Numbered from the stretch's first letter, positions 52,431 to 62,591 are shown. The stretch is 64,000 nt of DNA from an uncultured cyanobacterium (GCA_963744145.1 CAVUSO010000001.1:6144001-6208000); one strand, 5' to 3'. Made by a program: numbers and translations. The notes: generated by a model from the sequence alone, not told the origin.

Positions 52431-52563
52431 AAATATAAAGTTAATGTGAAGTATGATTTATAGAGTTTTAAGGGATTATCGGGATTTTATCTTCGAGGAA
52501 ATATAAAGTTTCTGTGAGTTTAAGGAAAGTGTATTGACTATTGATTAATTATTTTTGTATCTT
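52431..52563 (+). promoter_or_regulatory. Promoter of precursor 2 (paralog of 43945-44075)
   Basis: Two AAATATAAAGTT repeats; 35-bp block 52481-52515 identical to 43994-44028; TTGACT, 18-bp spacer, TATCTT. Confidence 0.65.
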
Positions 52564-52595
52564 TTTGATTATCAAAAGAAAAAGAGTATTCAACA

Positions 52596-52721
52596 ATGTT
52601 AATTACCAACAAAACCAAGAAGCGCGTCGTCAAGGAAGAGAATAAGGGGATTAGTCAGTTGTCGGAGTCCGATTTGCGGGGCGTCGTGGGGGGTCAGTAC
52701 AAGAACTGGAAAACTACATAG
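52596..52721 (+). CDS. Double-glycine leader peptide precursor 2 (41 aa; predicted core QYKNWKTT)
   Basis: Hand translation MLITNKTKKRVVKEENKGISQLSESDLRGVVGG|QYKNWKTT. Confidence 0.82.
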   Translation: MLITNKTKKRVVKEENKGISQLSESDLRGVVGGQYKNWKTT

Positions 52722-52828
52722 AAATTGATTCGGTACACAAATTCAATGGTTAGGAATTTCACAAGCTTTTCTAATTACCGATAATTGCAACGCAAACCAA
52801 TTGTTAATAATCAAAGGAGAATAATACT

Positions 52829-52987
52829 ATGGCTAATAACCAAAAAGGGAAGAAAATTATACAAGACAAGTCAGCATCAGCATCCAGTTTGCTTCCTGAT
52901 GGTATTCAATTTTTGTCGGAGTCTGCTCTTGTGGGTGTTGTGGGGGGAGGTCCTAACTTGCAAAGAGGCAAGATTATCGAATTATAA
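52829..52987 (+). CDS. Double-glycine leader peptide precursor 3 (52 aa; predicted core GPNLQRGKIIEL)
   Basis: AAGGAG RBS; MANNQKGKKIIQDKSASASSLLPDGIQFLSESALVGVVGG|GPNLQRGKIIEL. Confidence 0.8.
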   Translation: MANNQKGKKIIQDKSASASSLLPDGIQFLSESALVGVVGGGPNLQRGKIIEL

Positions 52988-53103
52988 TAGCATCAGCAGC
53001 GGATGAAAATTGATAAACAGGGACTCCTATTTCCTCAAAAACTTACTCTTAAACTAGAAGCGATCGCCCTCAACTACACAATCAAACCAAAAATGATCGC
53101 TCT

Positions 53104-53143
53104 CAGTAGCAGCAGAGTCTAATTTTCTGAGAACTGCGATCGC
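53104..53143 (+). repeat. 40-bp HIP1-terminated repeat (further copies at 53762-53801 and 56673-56712)
   Basis: CAGTA-n4-CAGAG-n2-TAATTT(T/C)CTGAGAA-n-TGCGATCGC present in three copies. Confidence 0.8.
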
Positions 53144-53171
53144 AAGTATATCTAGTATTATTTTCTCGCGA

Positions 53172-53675
53172 AGTAATGCAAATCTTATTTCAGCTAATCT
53201 AACATTAGCGAACTTAACAGCAGCAAACTTAGCTCAAGCCAATCTAAGCTCTGCTAATTTCTCAATGGCAAATTTAACGGGTGCTAATTTAAGTGAAACT
53301 AATATAACTTCAGCAAATTTAACAGGAGCAGATTTGACTAAAGCTAATTTACAAAATGCTCAATTGAATCAAGTAGTATTTAATAATAATAAATTAATAG
53401 AAGTCTGTTTACTAGGAGCAAAAATTGTCAATACTAAGTTAAAGGGATTAGACTTAACCAAAGCGAATTTATGTGGTACTAATCTAAGTAATTTAGATAT
53501 GACTGAGGCAAATTTAACTTCTGCTAATTTAGTCGGAGCAAATCTACAAGGTGCCAATCTAGAAAGGGCTAACTTAAAAGAAGCAAACTTAACTGGTGCT
53601 AATCTGAAAAATGCCAAATTAAATGGTGCTATTCTAACTGGTGCAATTATGCCCGATGGGTCAATTCATGAATAG
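53172..53675 (+). pseudogene. Pentapeptide repeat protein, probably 5'-truncated
   Basis: A(N/D)Lxx repeats continue in frame about 30 codons upstream of the ATG at 53265 with no start codon; ends GAIMPDGSIHE. Confidence 0.7.
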
Positions 53676-53809
53676 TGTTTATTGGCGATCGCTCTTAATC
53701 CCGCAACTGTGACTTATTGGTAGCGATCGCACTAAACCAGTCCCTAATCTGACAGTAGCCCCAGTAACAGCAGAGCTTAATTTTCTGAGAATTGCGATCG
53801 CCCCAATCC

Positions 53810-55281
53810 CAATACGGTTCGGTTAAGCTTTAAGCAGTATTGAGGATAGAAAAATTGAGGGTTTCATGTTTAACTCCCTGACCTCTATGAATTGGTTTCT
53901 TGGATGGAAATTTGGCGCGAGTTTTTTTAATAACACGAGGGTTACTTCTACCTTCACGTTTGGGAATTGGTTCATCCAAAATTTCCCTGATCAACCAACT
54001 AAAAAAAAGGGGAAATTCTTCTGGTTGAAGGCGCTGAAATTTGGGAATAGCACGACGGACAACATTGAGAGTACCAGTAAAACTCAATCGTAAAGGGGAG
54101 ATGTGAGCAGAGGTGGCCGCGGTCAACATGAGAGAACGAACCGCCCAATGTCCGAGGAGCCAACCATAAATTTCCTGAACCACTTCACGGGGATGAAGAG
54201 AACGAATCAGAGTTTTACGTCCCAATTGATGAACCTTCAATTCATCGATAGTATTTTCAACTTCCCAACGACGATGATATTCTGTGGCTAATAATAAAGC
54301 TGGAAATAAAGCGATGTCCGTCAAACTGGTAATCAGACGGTAAGTTTGTGCTTCGCCATTATCAATAGTGTATTCAATGACTCGAACCATAATTTTGGTC
54401 ATGCCCTGTTTTTTCGACTTGCCGTCGGGAGCAATCCAGGAGAGATAGGAACCATCATCCAATACCTGCTCCACAGGAAATTTAACATTTTTGGGGATGC
54501 GTCCCAAATAATCACATTTTTGGGACAAGGTGGCTTGCACCATTGCATAAGAATGCAATCCACGATCCCACATTAATAACATTCCAGTGGTGACTGACCG
54601 TAGTAACCTTTTCACTCTGACTCGCTCACCGATTCGGTAAGGGCAGATCAAGGCATCTACAATTAAATGTGTTCCTGCTTCAATCAATAGAACCAAACGC
54701 ACCTTGGGAAACGCGGCTCTAGTTCCAGGACGACTAGCTGGATATCCAAATACTCTGGCATTTGTGTCGCTATCTGGCACATCAAACACTGTTCCATCTA
54801 CAGCCATAATTCGCTTTTCACCTAAAAAAGCCCCTGGGGTTTCCCTAGTAGCCTGTGGTCTAACTACTATGTGAAACAGATGCCGCATTACCCCTGCACC
54901 TACTCGCTGTCTAGCTTCTGTAATTGATGATTTACATGGTATTCGCCAATAATAACTAACTCTGACCCATGCTTCATTTAAGCCATCAACCAGATTTTTC
55001 AACACTGTCCTCATTGACCCCCTAGACCATAGACTCATCCCAATGATTAGACAGATAACCAGATGCGTTGGTAATGCTCTTTGTCGTTCCTCTTTTCTAT
55101 TGGTATCTTCAATGGCTTTTTCAATTGCTGTCGATGGAATCGCTGTTTCTAACGCTTTGAGGATCATCCCTGATTCGACCACAGGTGATATTACAGTGAA
55201 TTCTTTGAGCTGCATTCCTACTCATTCCATTTAGGTGACACTTTCATTTTACCTGATTTTTAGCTTAACCGAACCGTATTG
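53810..55281 (-). mobile_element. Complete IS4-family insertion sequence (1472 bp)
   Basis: Perfect 20-bp TIR CAATACGGTTCGGTTAAGCT; 10-bp target duplication GCCCCAATCC at 53800-53809 and 55282-55291. Confidence 0.95.
53830..55215 (-). CDS. IS4-family DDE transposase
   Basis: AVDGT, WDRG and the IS4 signature YHRRWEVENTIDELK. Confidence 0.95.
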   Translation of the reverse strand: MQLKEFTVISPVVESGMILKALETAIPSTAIEKAIEDTNRKEERQRALPTHLVICLIIGMSLWSRGSMRTVLKNLVDGLNEAWVRVSYYWRIPCKSSITEARQRVGAGVMRHLFHIVVRPQATRETPGAFLGEKRIMAVDGTVFDVPDSDTNARVFGYPASRPGTRAAFPKVRLVLLIEAGTHLIVDALICPYRIGERVRVKRLLRSVTTGMLLMWDRGLHSYAMVQATLSQKCDYLGRIPKNVKFPVEQVLDDGSYLSWIAPDGKSKKQGMTKIMVRVIEYTIDNGEAQTYRLITSLTDIALFPALLLATEYHRRWEVENTIDELKVHQLGRKTLIRSLHPREVVQEIYGWLLGHWAVRSLMLTAATSAHISPLRLSFTGTLNVVRRAIPKFQRLQPEEFPLFFSWLIREILDEPIPKREGRSNPRVIKKTRAKFPSKKPIHRGQGVKHETLNFSILNTA

Positions 55282-55503
55282 GCCCCAATCCGTTTGACTA
55301 ACTCATACCCCATATTGGCCATTCAGAGAAAAGCGATCGCCTATTTCTAAAGAATTTTGAGCAGAATTCCAAAATTGATACAAACTCAATCGAAAGTCGA
55401 TGAATTCTCAAATACTCTATCAAGAACTCAAGTTAGTATAGATATAACTGCAATTAACAAAACCCTATTCCTAAAATAGGAAAACCAAAATAAGGAGTTA
55501 ATC

Positions 55504-56016
55504 ATGAAAAAGACACATAAAAAATGGCATCTTTTTATCTTAAGGATATTTATTATTATTTGTAGTATCGTTAGTTTATTCATATTATTAGATTGGTTTT
55601 TGAATGATTGGTTTTTTAATGATTTTTTAACGACGGCTAAAAATAGTAAGGAATCAGAGGCAAGAGGTTTTATTCATTACAGCAATAGAGCGCAACAAGC
55701 TTATTTTCTAGAAAATCGACATTTTGTTTATTCATTTGATGAATCAAAGGTAATAAATACTTATTATATTAATCCAGACAATTATAGTCGTTCAATGAAG
55801 AATCTAGGTAATGTTGTCTTTACCTATACAACTTCCCGCAATCATCATCTAAAAAGTTTTGTGGGTGTAGTTTTTATATCATCAAAAGGAAATCTTACAA
55901 CTGGTGTATGTAAAACAATTTATCCTAGTCAAATTACTGCTCCCGATCCAATTATTAAAGATGATAAAATTATTTGTGCTGATGGTACAGAGGATGAGAA
56001 CATTTACCACTATTAA
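55504..56016 (+). CDS. Type IV pilin-like G/H family protein
   Basis: N-terminal TM helix, KESEAR…NRAQQAYFLE, LKSFVGVV and a C-terminal Cys pair; AAGGAG RBS. Confidence 0.8.
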   Translation: MKKTHKKWHLFILRIFIIICSIVSLFILLDWFLNDWFFNDFLTTAKNSKESEARGFIHYSNRAQQAYFLENRHFVYSFDESKVINTYYINPDNYSRSMKNLGNVVFTYTTSRNHHLKSFVGVVFISSKGNLTTGVCKTIYPSQITAPDPIIKDDKIICADGTEDENIYHY

Positions 56017-56119
56017 TTTATAACTCTAACTATTTATTATTGGCCTGTAACCCTACCAAAACTCAGGATATTTGTATCTACCCTGCACGTTGCCGATATA
56101 TTGTTATCGATTATGTAGT

Positions 56120-56385
56120 ATGAAAAACGAATTTAATGCCAAATTCTTAGAACAACTCAACCAGAAAAAACATAATAAAGGTTTTACTATAATTGATTTG
56201 CAAATTATTCTTTTCATCGTTGGTATTTTTGGCTGTTATTACTCTACCATCTTTCCTAAATAGCGCCCCGCATTGTGACAACAAGCGAGTCGAAGGTAGG
56301 AGAGCAGTTGGTGCTGTTAACCTGTTACCTACAAACCGTGTCAGAAACTGGTATTACTTGTACTGGTGGAGCTTTAATGCAATAG
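56120..56385 (+). pseudogene. Degenerate type IV pilin gene
   Basis: MKNEFNAKFL…KG|FTIIDL prepilin-like start, frameshift at the T-run 56226-56230 into LAVITLPSFLN, then an apparent internal deletion. Confidence 0.75.
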
Positions 56386-56902
56386 TCGAAGGTGATATTT
56401 GCGATCGCTCTCATCCAACTCTGAAAAATGCGATCGCCCCCATTACCCAGTATTATTCTCTCGTGAAGGTCTGAAATATTTCAAACCTTTTGCCGTGAGC
56501 CCAGTCGAATAGTTGCACATCCATCGGCAGCCAGTATCGCACCAGCACAAATATACCACCCCGAAAATGTGATCGCCCAAATATCCCCATCGACCAGATA
56601 GCAGGACGATCATATTGCAACTAGACTTCAGAATAGCGATCGCTCTCCACCCGTCTCAACTGCGATCGCACCCAGTAGAATCAGAGTCTAATTTCCTGAG
56701 AAATGCGATCGCTCATATCAACGCGAAATTATTATTCTTCCATCAAATTTTGAAATAATTCGTAAACTGATAACCAAAAGTGGTTAATTTTTGATTTTAT
56801 TTATTAACTATAGAAAAATATTAAGAAATGTAATTGCGAAGTAAAAACCTATTAAAAATTATGTAGTATTGGTAATCAAAGAAAAATATCCGAGGTAAAA
56901 CC

Positions 56903-57835
56903 ATGTCTGATGAATTGATTACCACACTAGAAGGCCATACCAGTTGGGTTGTTGCAGTAGCATTTAGTCCTGATGGCAAACTAATTGCTTCAGCGAGTAA
57001 TGATTCTACTATCAAATTGTGGAATGCAGCTACTTATAATTTGATAGCTACCCTCACAGGTGGAAATCTTTACAATTCAGTAGTATTTAGTCCAGATAGT
57101 AAACTATTGATCTCAGCTGGTGATCATCGTCCAAAAAGCGGAACAATCCCAATATCCCCAATCGTGCTATGGGATGTAGCAAGCGGAAAGACTTTAAGAG
57201 GTTTCTTCGGTTATAACAATGTTGCCAAGTCTGTCGCATTTAGTCCAGATGGAAAACTTTTAGCGTTTGGGACTGGTGGTAACAGTGATGCTCGTAAAGT
57301 TTCAGGGATTTTAGATATCAATAATATCCGTGATGCCAAGATTGAGTTCCCTAATCAAAGTAACTTAGTAAGAGCGGTGGCTTTTAGTCCAGACAGTAAA
57401 TTTCTTGCGACGGGAACTGAGCAAAGAGTTGTTCAACTGTTTGATGCAGCAACAGGTGAGTTGAAAGCTACTGGTGATGCTCATCGAAGTCGTGTAAATT
57501 CAGTAGCATTTAGTCCTGATGGCAGCATTCTAGTATCAGTCAGTGAGGATAAGTCTTTGAAATTTTGGGATGCAACAACGTTGGTACTCAAAAGATCCTT
57601 AGATGCCCACAAGAAATCAATTACTGCTGTTGCGTTTAGCTCTGATGGCAAGCTTTTGGCTACAGGAAGTGAGGATTATTCTGCTAAGTTATGGGATGCT
57701 AATACATTAGCACTCAAAGCTACCTATGTAGGGCATCAAAATTTTGTGAATTCTGTGGCGTTTAGCCCTGATGGCACAGTTCTGGTTACTGGAAGTGATG
57801 ATAAGACACTTAAGTTATGGCAGGTAAAGCCTTGA
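56903..57835 (+). CDS. WD40 repeat beta-propeller protein
   Basis: Seven FSPDG/FSPDS-type repeats with GH…W(D/N) ends; GAGG RBS. Confidence 0.92.
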   Translation: MSDELITTLEGHTSWVVAVAFSPDGKLIASASNDSTIKLWNAATYNLIATLTGGNLYNSVVFSPDSKLLISAGDHRPKSGTIPISPIVLWDVASGKTLRGFFGYNNVAKSVAFSPDGKLLAFGTGGNSDARKVSGILDINNIRDAKIEFPNQSNLVRAVAFSPDSKFLATGTEQRVVQLFDAATGELKATGDAHRSRVNSVAFSPDGSILVSVSEDKSLKFWDATTLVLKRSLDAHKKSITAVAFSSDGKLLATGSEDYSAKLWDANTLALKATYVGHQNFVNSVAFSPDGTVLVTGSDDKTLKLWQVKP

Positions 57836-57873
57836 TGTGTTTTTATTCTAACTAAAGGGAAGAAGATGAACTT

Positions 57874-57969
57874 GCGATCGCACCTATCCAGACCAACAAA
57901 AGCGATCGCACCCGTATCCAGACCAACAAGTGCATCGCACCCATACCCATATCAACAAAATGCGATCGC
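57874..57969 (+). repeat. Three tandem 28-30 bp HIP1-led repeats
   Basis: GCGATCGCACC…TATCCAGACCAACAA repeated and degenerating. Confidence 0.7.
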
Positions 57970-58210
57970 CCAAATTATCAGTTAGTGATTATTCTCTTAT
58001 CAAGGTTTAAATAACTTCAAAAGTTTCTCAAAATCAGCCATTTTGACTGGAATAGCGATCGCACTTTCCCAATATTATCTCAATTGCGATCGCACCAATC
58101 ATTTCCCTTTCATGTTCCACTTCTCCCACATTTGCCGATTGAAAGGCGATCGCTCTCCACCCGTCACAACTGCGATCGCACCTCACCGAATATGGACAAC
58201 TGAGAAATAT

Positions 58211-58230
58211 GGGTAATTAAGGAATTACCC
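58211..58230. terminator. Hairpin downstream of the SDR gene
   Basis: GGGTAATT-AAGG-AATTACCC. Confidence 0.5.
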
Positions 58231-58245
58231 GATTCACCAAAATGA

Positions 58246-59070
58246 TTAACGGGAGATAGCCCCCACCTGTCGAAATTCAGGATAGCCTTTTCGTTGATTT
58301 CTAGCTAATGGTGCAGCCATTAGTAAAATCTTTTCTAATAGCCAAGGGGAAAAACGTTGACACCATACGGCTAAATGACTTTGCCATCCGACTAAGATTT
58401 CCTCAGTATCTTTAGCGAGTCCAGTGATCAGTGCTTTGGCTACTTGTTCGGGAGTCATGACCACTACCCACCGAAACCATTGTAAGTCTCTGACCATATC
58501 TGTATCCGTCAGAGATGGTAATAAAGCTATTACCCGAATATTGTATTGAGCAAGTTCTCCTCGGAGTGCTTGAGTAAAACCTAAAATGGCAAATTTGGTA
58601 GCAGAATAAGTTGCCATTGTTGGGGCTGCAACTTTACCCATTAAGCTAGAAACATTGACAATTGTACCGACATTTTGGGTTGCCATCCGTCTAGCAACTA
58701 AACGAGTAATCGCGTACATTCCGATTAAATTAATGCTAATTTCTTCCTGGACATCTGGTAGTTGCGATTTCAAAAAAGGAGCTTGGTGGGCAACTCCAGC
58801 ACAGTTAATTAACAGATGAATTGGACCATAATCGCGCCAAGCTTGAGCGATCGCAATATTCATTTCAATTAACTTACTCAGATCCACTGGTAAAATCACA
58901 ACTTCTACCCCAAGGATCTCAATTTCCCTGGCAAGTTCTGCTAAACGTTCGCGATCGCGTGCTACCAATAATAGACGCTTCATTCCTTGCTTTGCTAACT
59001 CTAACGCGATCGCTCTCCCAATACCACGGGAAGCACCTGTAATTAGAGCTGTTTTACCTTGAATGTTCAT
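58246..59070 (-). CDS. Short-chain dehydrogenase/reductase
   Basis: TGASRGIG, INCAG, NVSS and YSATK motifs. Confidence 0.93.
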   Translation of the reverse strand: MNIQGKTALITGASRGIGRAIALELAKQGMKRLLLVARDRERLAELAREIEILGVEVVILPVDLSKLIEMNIAIAQAWRDYGPIHLLINCAGVAHQAPFLKSQLPDVQEEISINLIGMYAITRLVARRMATQNVGTIVNVSSLMGKVAAPTMATYSATKFAILGFTQALRGELAQYNIRVIALLPSLTDTDMVRDLQWFRWVVVMTPEQVAKALITGLAKDTEEILVGWQSHLAVWCQRFSPWLLEKILLMAAPLARNQRKGYPEFRQVGAISR

Positions 59071-59798
59071 AAATTAAACCTCATTGTATTGCCAAATTGT
59101 TACGTGACTAGACCCTATCCCTCATTAAAAAATTCATCAGTATCATATTGAGGGACAGTTATCACTCGCACAATTTGATGTCAAGATGGCTCAACATTTC
59201 TCAGTCTTACTCTTAGTAAACTTTTGATCTACTACCCTGAGAAATATTTTTGATTTAATCTTCATTAAGCTGACAATTCTAGCTTTGGGTTCATGACGAG
59301 AATCAATTAGTTGATGATGATGAGCCAGAGTGATTGTAGAGCATAGATGGCACGTCTCCTATATGCGAGCATTGACCCCAAGCAATCCATACGCATAATC
59401 TAGCAACTAAATCAAGAATTTGCAACATTTTTTTATAAATTATCTGTAACATTTCTTTACAAATACCTGAAATCCTTATATATAGGTGGTTTTAAGCCTA
59501 ATTAAGAAAATGCCAAATAAGAGTGGACATGGTGATTGTTGATGACTGTCCCACTAATGGAGTCAGGGTCTAGACCAGAAAAAACTGGAAATTTCCGTAA
59601 ACCGATCGATGCCCAATGAATTGTGTATAGTATTATCTTATACCAATTATCAGGTCATCTAAAATTTAGAAATTCCCTTATTTAAGGAGTAGAAAAATTC
59701 TCTAAAAATAGGCGATAATTTAATCAGTATTTTAAGTTCTAGACCAGATTGATTACAACTGTATTTGGATAGAAATAAATTTGTGGAAAAAGAAATAT

Positions 59799-60593
59799 AT
59801 GAGTGAAAACCAAAACATCATACCTTCGGTTTTTGAACGCAGTAGATCAGATAGCATTCTGGAAAAACTACCTCCAAAAGCTAAAGAATGGGCAGAAAGT
59901 TTACCTTGGGAGCAGCGTCGTTATTTATTGTCAATCAGTCATCTGATCTGTGCAGCTACTCCCGATCTGCAAGCAGAATTTTTAGATGATTATACAGCGG
60001 ATGGTTTAGTAGCGAGAATGCTACAAGACCGAGACACTCAAGCTAGAGTAAAAAAATATCTGAGAAGATTTCGGATTAAAACTCAACTAGATGCAACAAT
60101 TTTAAGAGGTTATATCAGACAATTTTTTATCCATTCAGCTCAAGATGCAAGAAGACAACCAGCTCTCTACCTAGAATCGGCATTACGATTAGTAGTTAGC
60201 ACAGAAGAACAAAATCATTTTTTTAATTATTCCTTAGGATTTGAGATCCTAAAAATGATATTTCAAATGAGTTGGTTACAACAAGAAAGATTAACAAAAT
60301 TACAAAAGAATCAAGAATTTTTTATTAAAACCTATATCAAACCGATTCAATATACCCACAGAATTAATCGTCTTGTTGTGCCTAAACATGAAAGAGTATT
60401 TTTTGCCAAACGGGATTATTTTGTGCAAGAACCAGAAATTTCGGAAAGAAAATTGGTCGAGCTAGTCATAGCTACCTTTACAACTGAAATAGTAACAGAA
60501 TTGGGATTCTATCTGATTCGCCATGCCGGATTTTTATTGTTTGACTACGATTATATTTATGCCGAGGAAGCAGAAGGAATTTTTCCTCAGTAA
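59799..60593 (+). CDS. Hypothetical protein (probably conserved in cyanobacteria)
   Basis: 264-aa ORF from the ATG at 59799; no catalytic motif recognised. Confidence 0.7.
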   Translation: MSENQNIIPSVFERSRSDSILEKLPPKAKEWAESLPWEQRRYLLSISHLICAATPDLQAEFLDDYTADGLVARMLQDRDTQARVKKYLRRFRIKTQLDATILRGYIRQFFIHSAQDARRQPALYLESALRLVVSTEEQNHFFNYSLGFEILKMIFQMSWLQQERLTKLQKNQEFFIKTYIKPIQYTHRINRLVVPKHERVFFAKRDYFVQEPEISERKLVELVIATFTTEIVTELGFYLIRHAGFLLFDYDYIYAEEAEGIFPQ

Positions 60594-60684
60594 ACCAAAG
60601 ATTCTGGCTGTGGGGAGCGAGTGATCCCAATTGCTACAATCTAATGTCAAGGGTAAAATCGTGGGAAAGTCTTAGAACCGCAAC

Positions 60685-62217
60685 ATGGACTGGATTACCC
60701 CACTCAAATCCCAACAAAATGACTTTATCCTCCGACTAAAGTCTGATTCGGCCCATATCCTGGGGACAAAGATCCCTGGTTGTCATAGTGAATTGGTCAC
60801 GATCGCACCAAAGCGATTCAAAGAAATCCGTTCTCTCTGTCGCAAGCTAGTCTTAAAATCTGAGCAAACAATTCCAGTCCGAGAGGTTTTGCTCACCCAC
60901 TTACGAGTGCAATTAGCCGAAGAGGTAATATCTACCTGCTTAAATGATTTCGTCAATCAAGTCGATCCCGAATATCGACTGATGATGAAGAGTAGCAAAA
61001 GTTTTACGGTAAAAACTAATTCAAACATTGGGATTGGGGTAAAAGCTGATACTGGCAATATTGATACAATTCGATGGGTAATTACTGCCGAAGATGTGAA
61101 ACAAAATGCAGTCCTAGTCTGCATTTTCATGCCAGAAGAGGTAACTGAAGACTTATCTGAGTATAGTCCAATCCTGGCTGGATTTTTGCCGACTCAGATG
61201 CTGAAACTAGCTGATGGGGAAAGCTCCCTCGCTTTAGGAGACTTGCTCTATGGGGGTGGATTACGCGGTTATTTAGAATCCTTAAGCTCCGAACAAACAT
61301 CCCAGGAATGGCTGCGTCCACTCAAGGGACGTTTAAACTTTGGTTATCCAGTCGCCATTAGTGCTGATAGTAGCACCCTCGCTAGTTGTAGTTATGATGG
61401 GAAAATTTCCCTCTGGCTGCTCCATGATGGTAATCAAGAAACACTAGAGCGATCGCTATTAAGGACATTTTCTGGGCATTCTTGGTCATTTGGGCCAGTT
61501 TCTCTCAACCCAGAAGGACGAGTCTCTCCGAGTAGTTCTGAACCACCTATGATCCCCTGGGAAGAGTCTAAGGGACAATTAGTCAGCACCATGATCGCCC
61601 ATAATAGCGGGATCAGTTGTGTAGCCTTGAGTAGGGATGGCCAAATTCTCGCCAGTGGTGGTTATGATGGGACAATCAAGATTTGGCAGCCAGATACTGG
61701 TCAATTACGGATGACCTTACCTGGACATTCCCAAACCGTGAAACTGATCACCATTAGTAATGATGGTCACACCCTGGTCAGTGGTACAGATCAAACGATC
61801 AAGGTGTGGAGTTTGGTGAATTGTGCCTTATTACATACCTTTTCTAGTCAAACCGGGGGTGTCCTGGCGATCGCGATTAGTCCCGATGGTCATCTGCTCG
61901 CTAGTGGTGGCCAAGACGGGACCATTAAACTGCGGGACTTACATACAGGTGAATTAAGAAACACTTTTTCTGGTCATGCGGGAATGGTGCTAGGGATTAC
62001 CATGAGTCCCGATGGCCAGACTTTGGCGACAACTGGGATCGAAAAAACGATCAAAACCTGGGACTTGAACAGTGGTAAACAGAAAAGTACCCTCACCGGT
62101 CTGTCTGATCCAGTGATTGCTTTAGCGATCGATTCCGCCGAGTCTAAAGTTGCCCTAAATTTATTTCGTTATTCTGAACCAGGTTGGAGAGAATCCTCGG
62201 CTCTAACTACGGAATAA
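60685..62217 (+). CDS. WD40 repeat protein with an uncharacterised N-terminal domain
   Basis: C-terminal WD repeats (ASGGYDGTIKIW, ASGGQDGTIKL). Confidence 0.85.
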   Translation: MDWITPLKSQQNDFILRLKSDSAHILGTKIPGCHSELVTIAPKRFKEIRSLCRKLVLKSEQTIPVREVLLTHLRVQLAEEVISTCLNDFVNQVDPEYRLMMKSSKSFTVKTNSNIGIGVKADTGNIDTIRWVITAEDVKQNAVLVCIFMPEEVTEDLSEYSPILAGFLPTQMLKLADGESSLALGDLLYGGGLRGYLESLSSEQTSQEWLRPLKGRLNFGYPVAISADSSTLASCSYDGKISLWLLHDGNQETLERSLLRTFSGHSWSFGPVSLNPEGRVSPSSSEPPMIPWEESKGQLVSTMIAHNSGISCVALSRDGQILASGGYDGTIKIWQPDTGQLRMTLPGHSQTVKLITISNDGHTLVSGTDQTIKVWSLVNCALLHTFSSQTGGVLAIAISPDGHLLASGGQDGTIKLRDLHTGELRNTFSGHAGMVLGITMSPDGQTLATTGIEKTIKTWDLNSGKQKSTLTGLSDPVIALAIDSAESKVALNLFRYSEPGWRESSALTTE

Positions 62218-62291
62218 TCAGGTTTTCAGCTTGAGTTAGGGGTAGTGGTCTGAACTGATCTTGAAAAAATACATAAATTTGTAAATTTTCA

Positions 62292-62305
62292 GTAAAGTAC
62301 GATAC
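62292..62305. promoter_or_regulatory. NtcA box upstream of pirA
   Basis: GTA-AAGTACGA-TAC matches GTA-N8-TAC; it lies 18 bp upstream of a TAACTT -10 candidate with a TGn extension. Confidence 0.7.
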
Positions 62306-62369
62306 ATTTACCGCAAAAGGTGCTAACTTAAAAGTTAAGAACATAAATCAATTCAAAAAACTGTCCACC

Positions 62370-62528
62370 ATGAACATTAATCGTCAAGAACTCAAACAAA
62401 CCGCACAAACCCATCGTGCTAATGTCCAAAAAAACTTACAGCGTCGGTTAGAAGTGGCCCGTGCTAACGGAGACCAAGCTTTAATTCGTCAATTAGAAGA
62501 AGAAGCCCAATATCTAAGCCACGACTAA
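62370..62528 (+). CDS. pirA: PII-interacting regulator of arginine synthesis PirA (52 aa)
   Basis: Hand translation MNINRQELKQTAQTHRANVQKNLQRRLEVARANGDQALIRQLEEEAQYLSHD; HRxN…RRLEVARAxGD…L..QLE pattern. Confidence 0.85.
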   Translation: MNINRQELKQTAQTHRANVQKNLQRRLEVARANGDQALIRQLEEEAQYLSHD

Positions 62529-62591
62529 GTTTGATTAGTCCCATCTAATGGTGATTCACCTTAAATTTGCTCAGATTAAACAATATACCTC

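Noticed and set aside
52695..52718. Core QYKNWKTT as a radical-SAM cyclophane (triceptide) substrate
   Set aside because: Aromatic-X-X motifs are present, but there is no radical SAM gene in the window and the third core has no aromatic residue.
52785..53006. 73-aa ORF-track call
   Set aside because: It overlaps precursor 3 in another frame; precursor 3 has the RBS, the ATG and the conserved leader.
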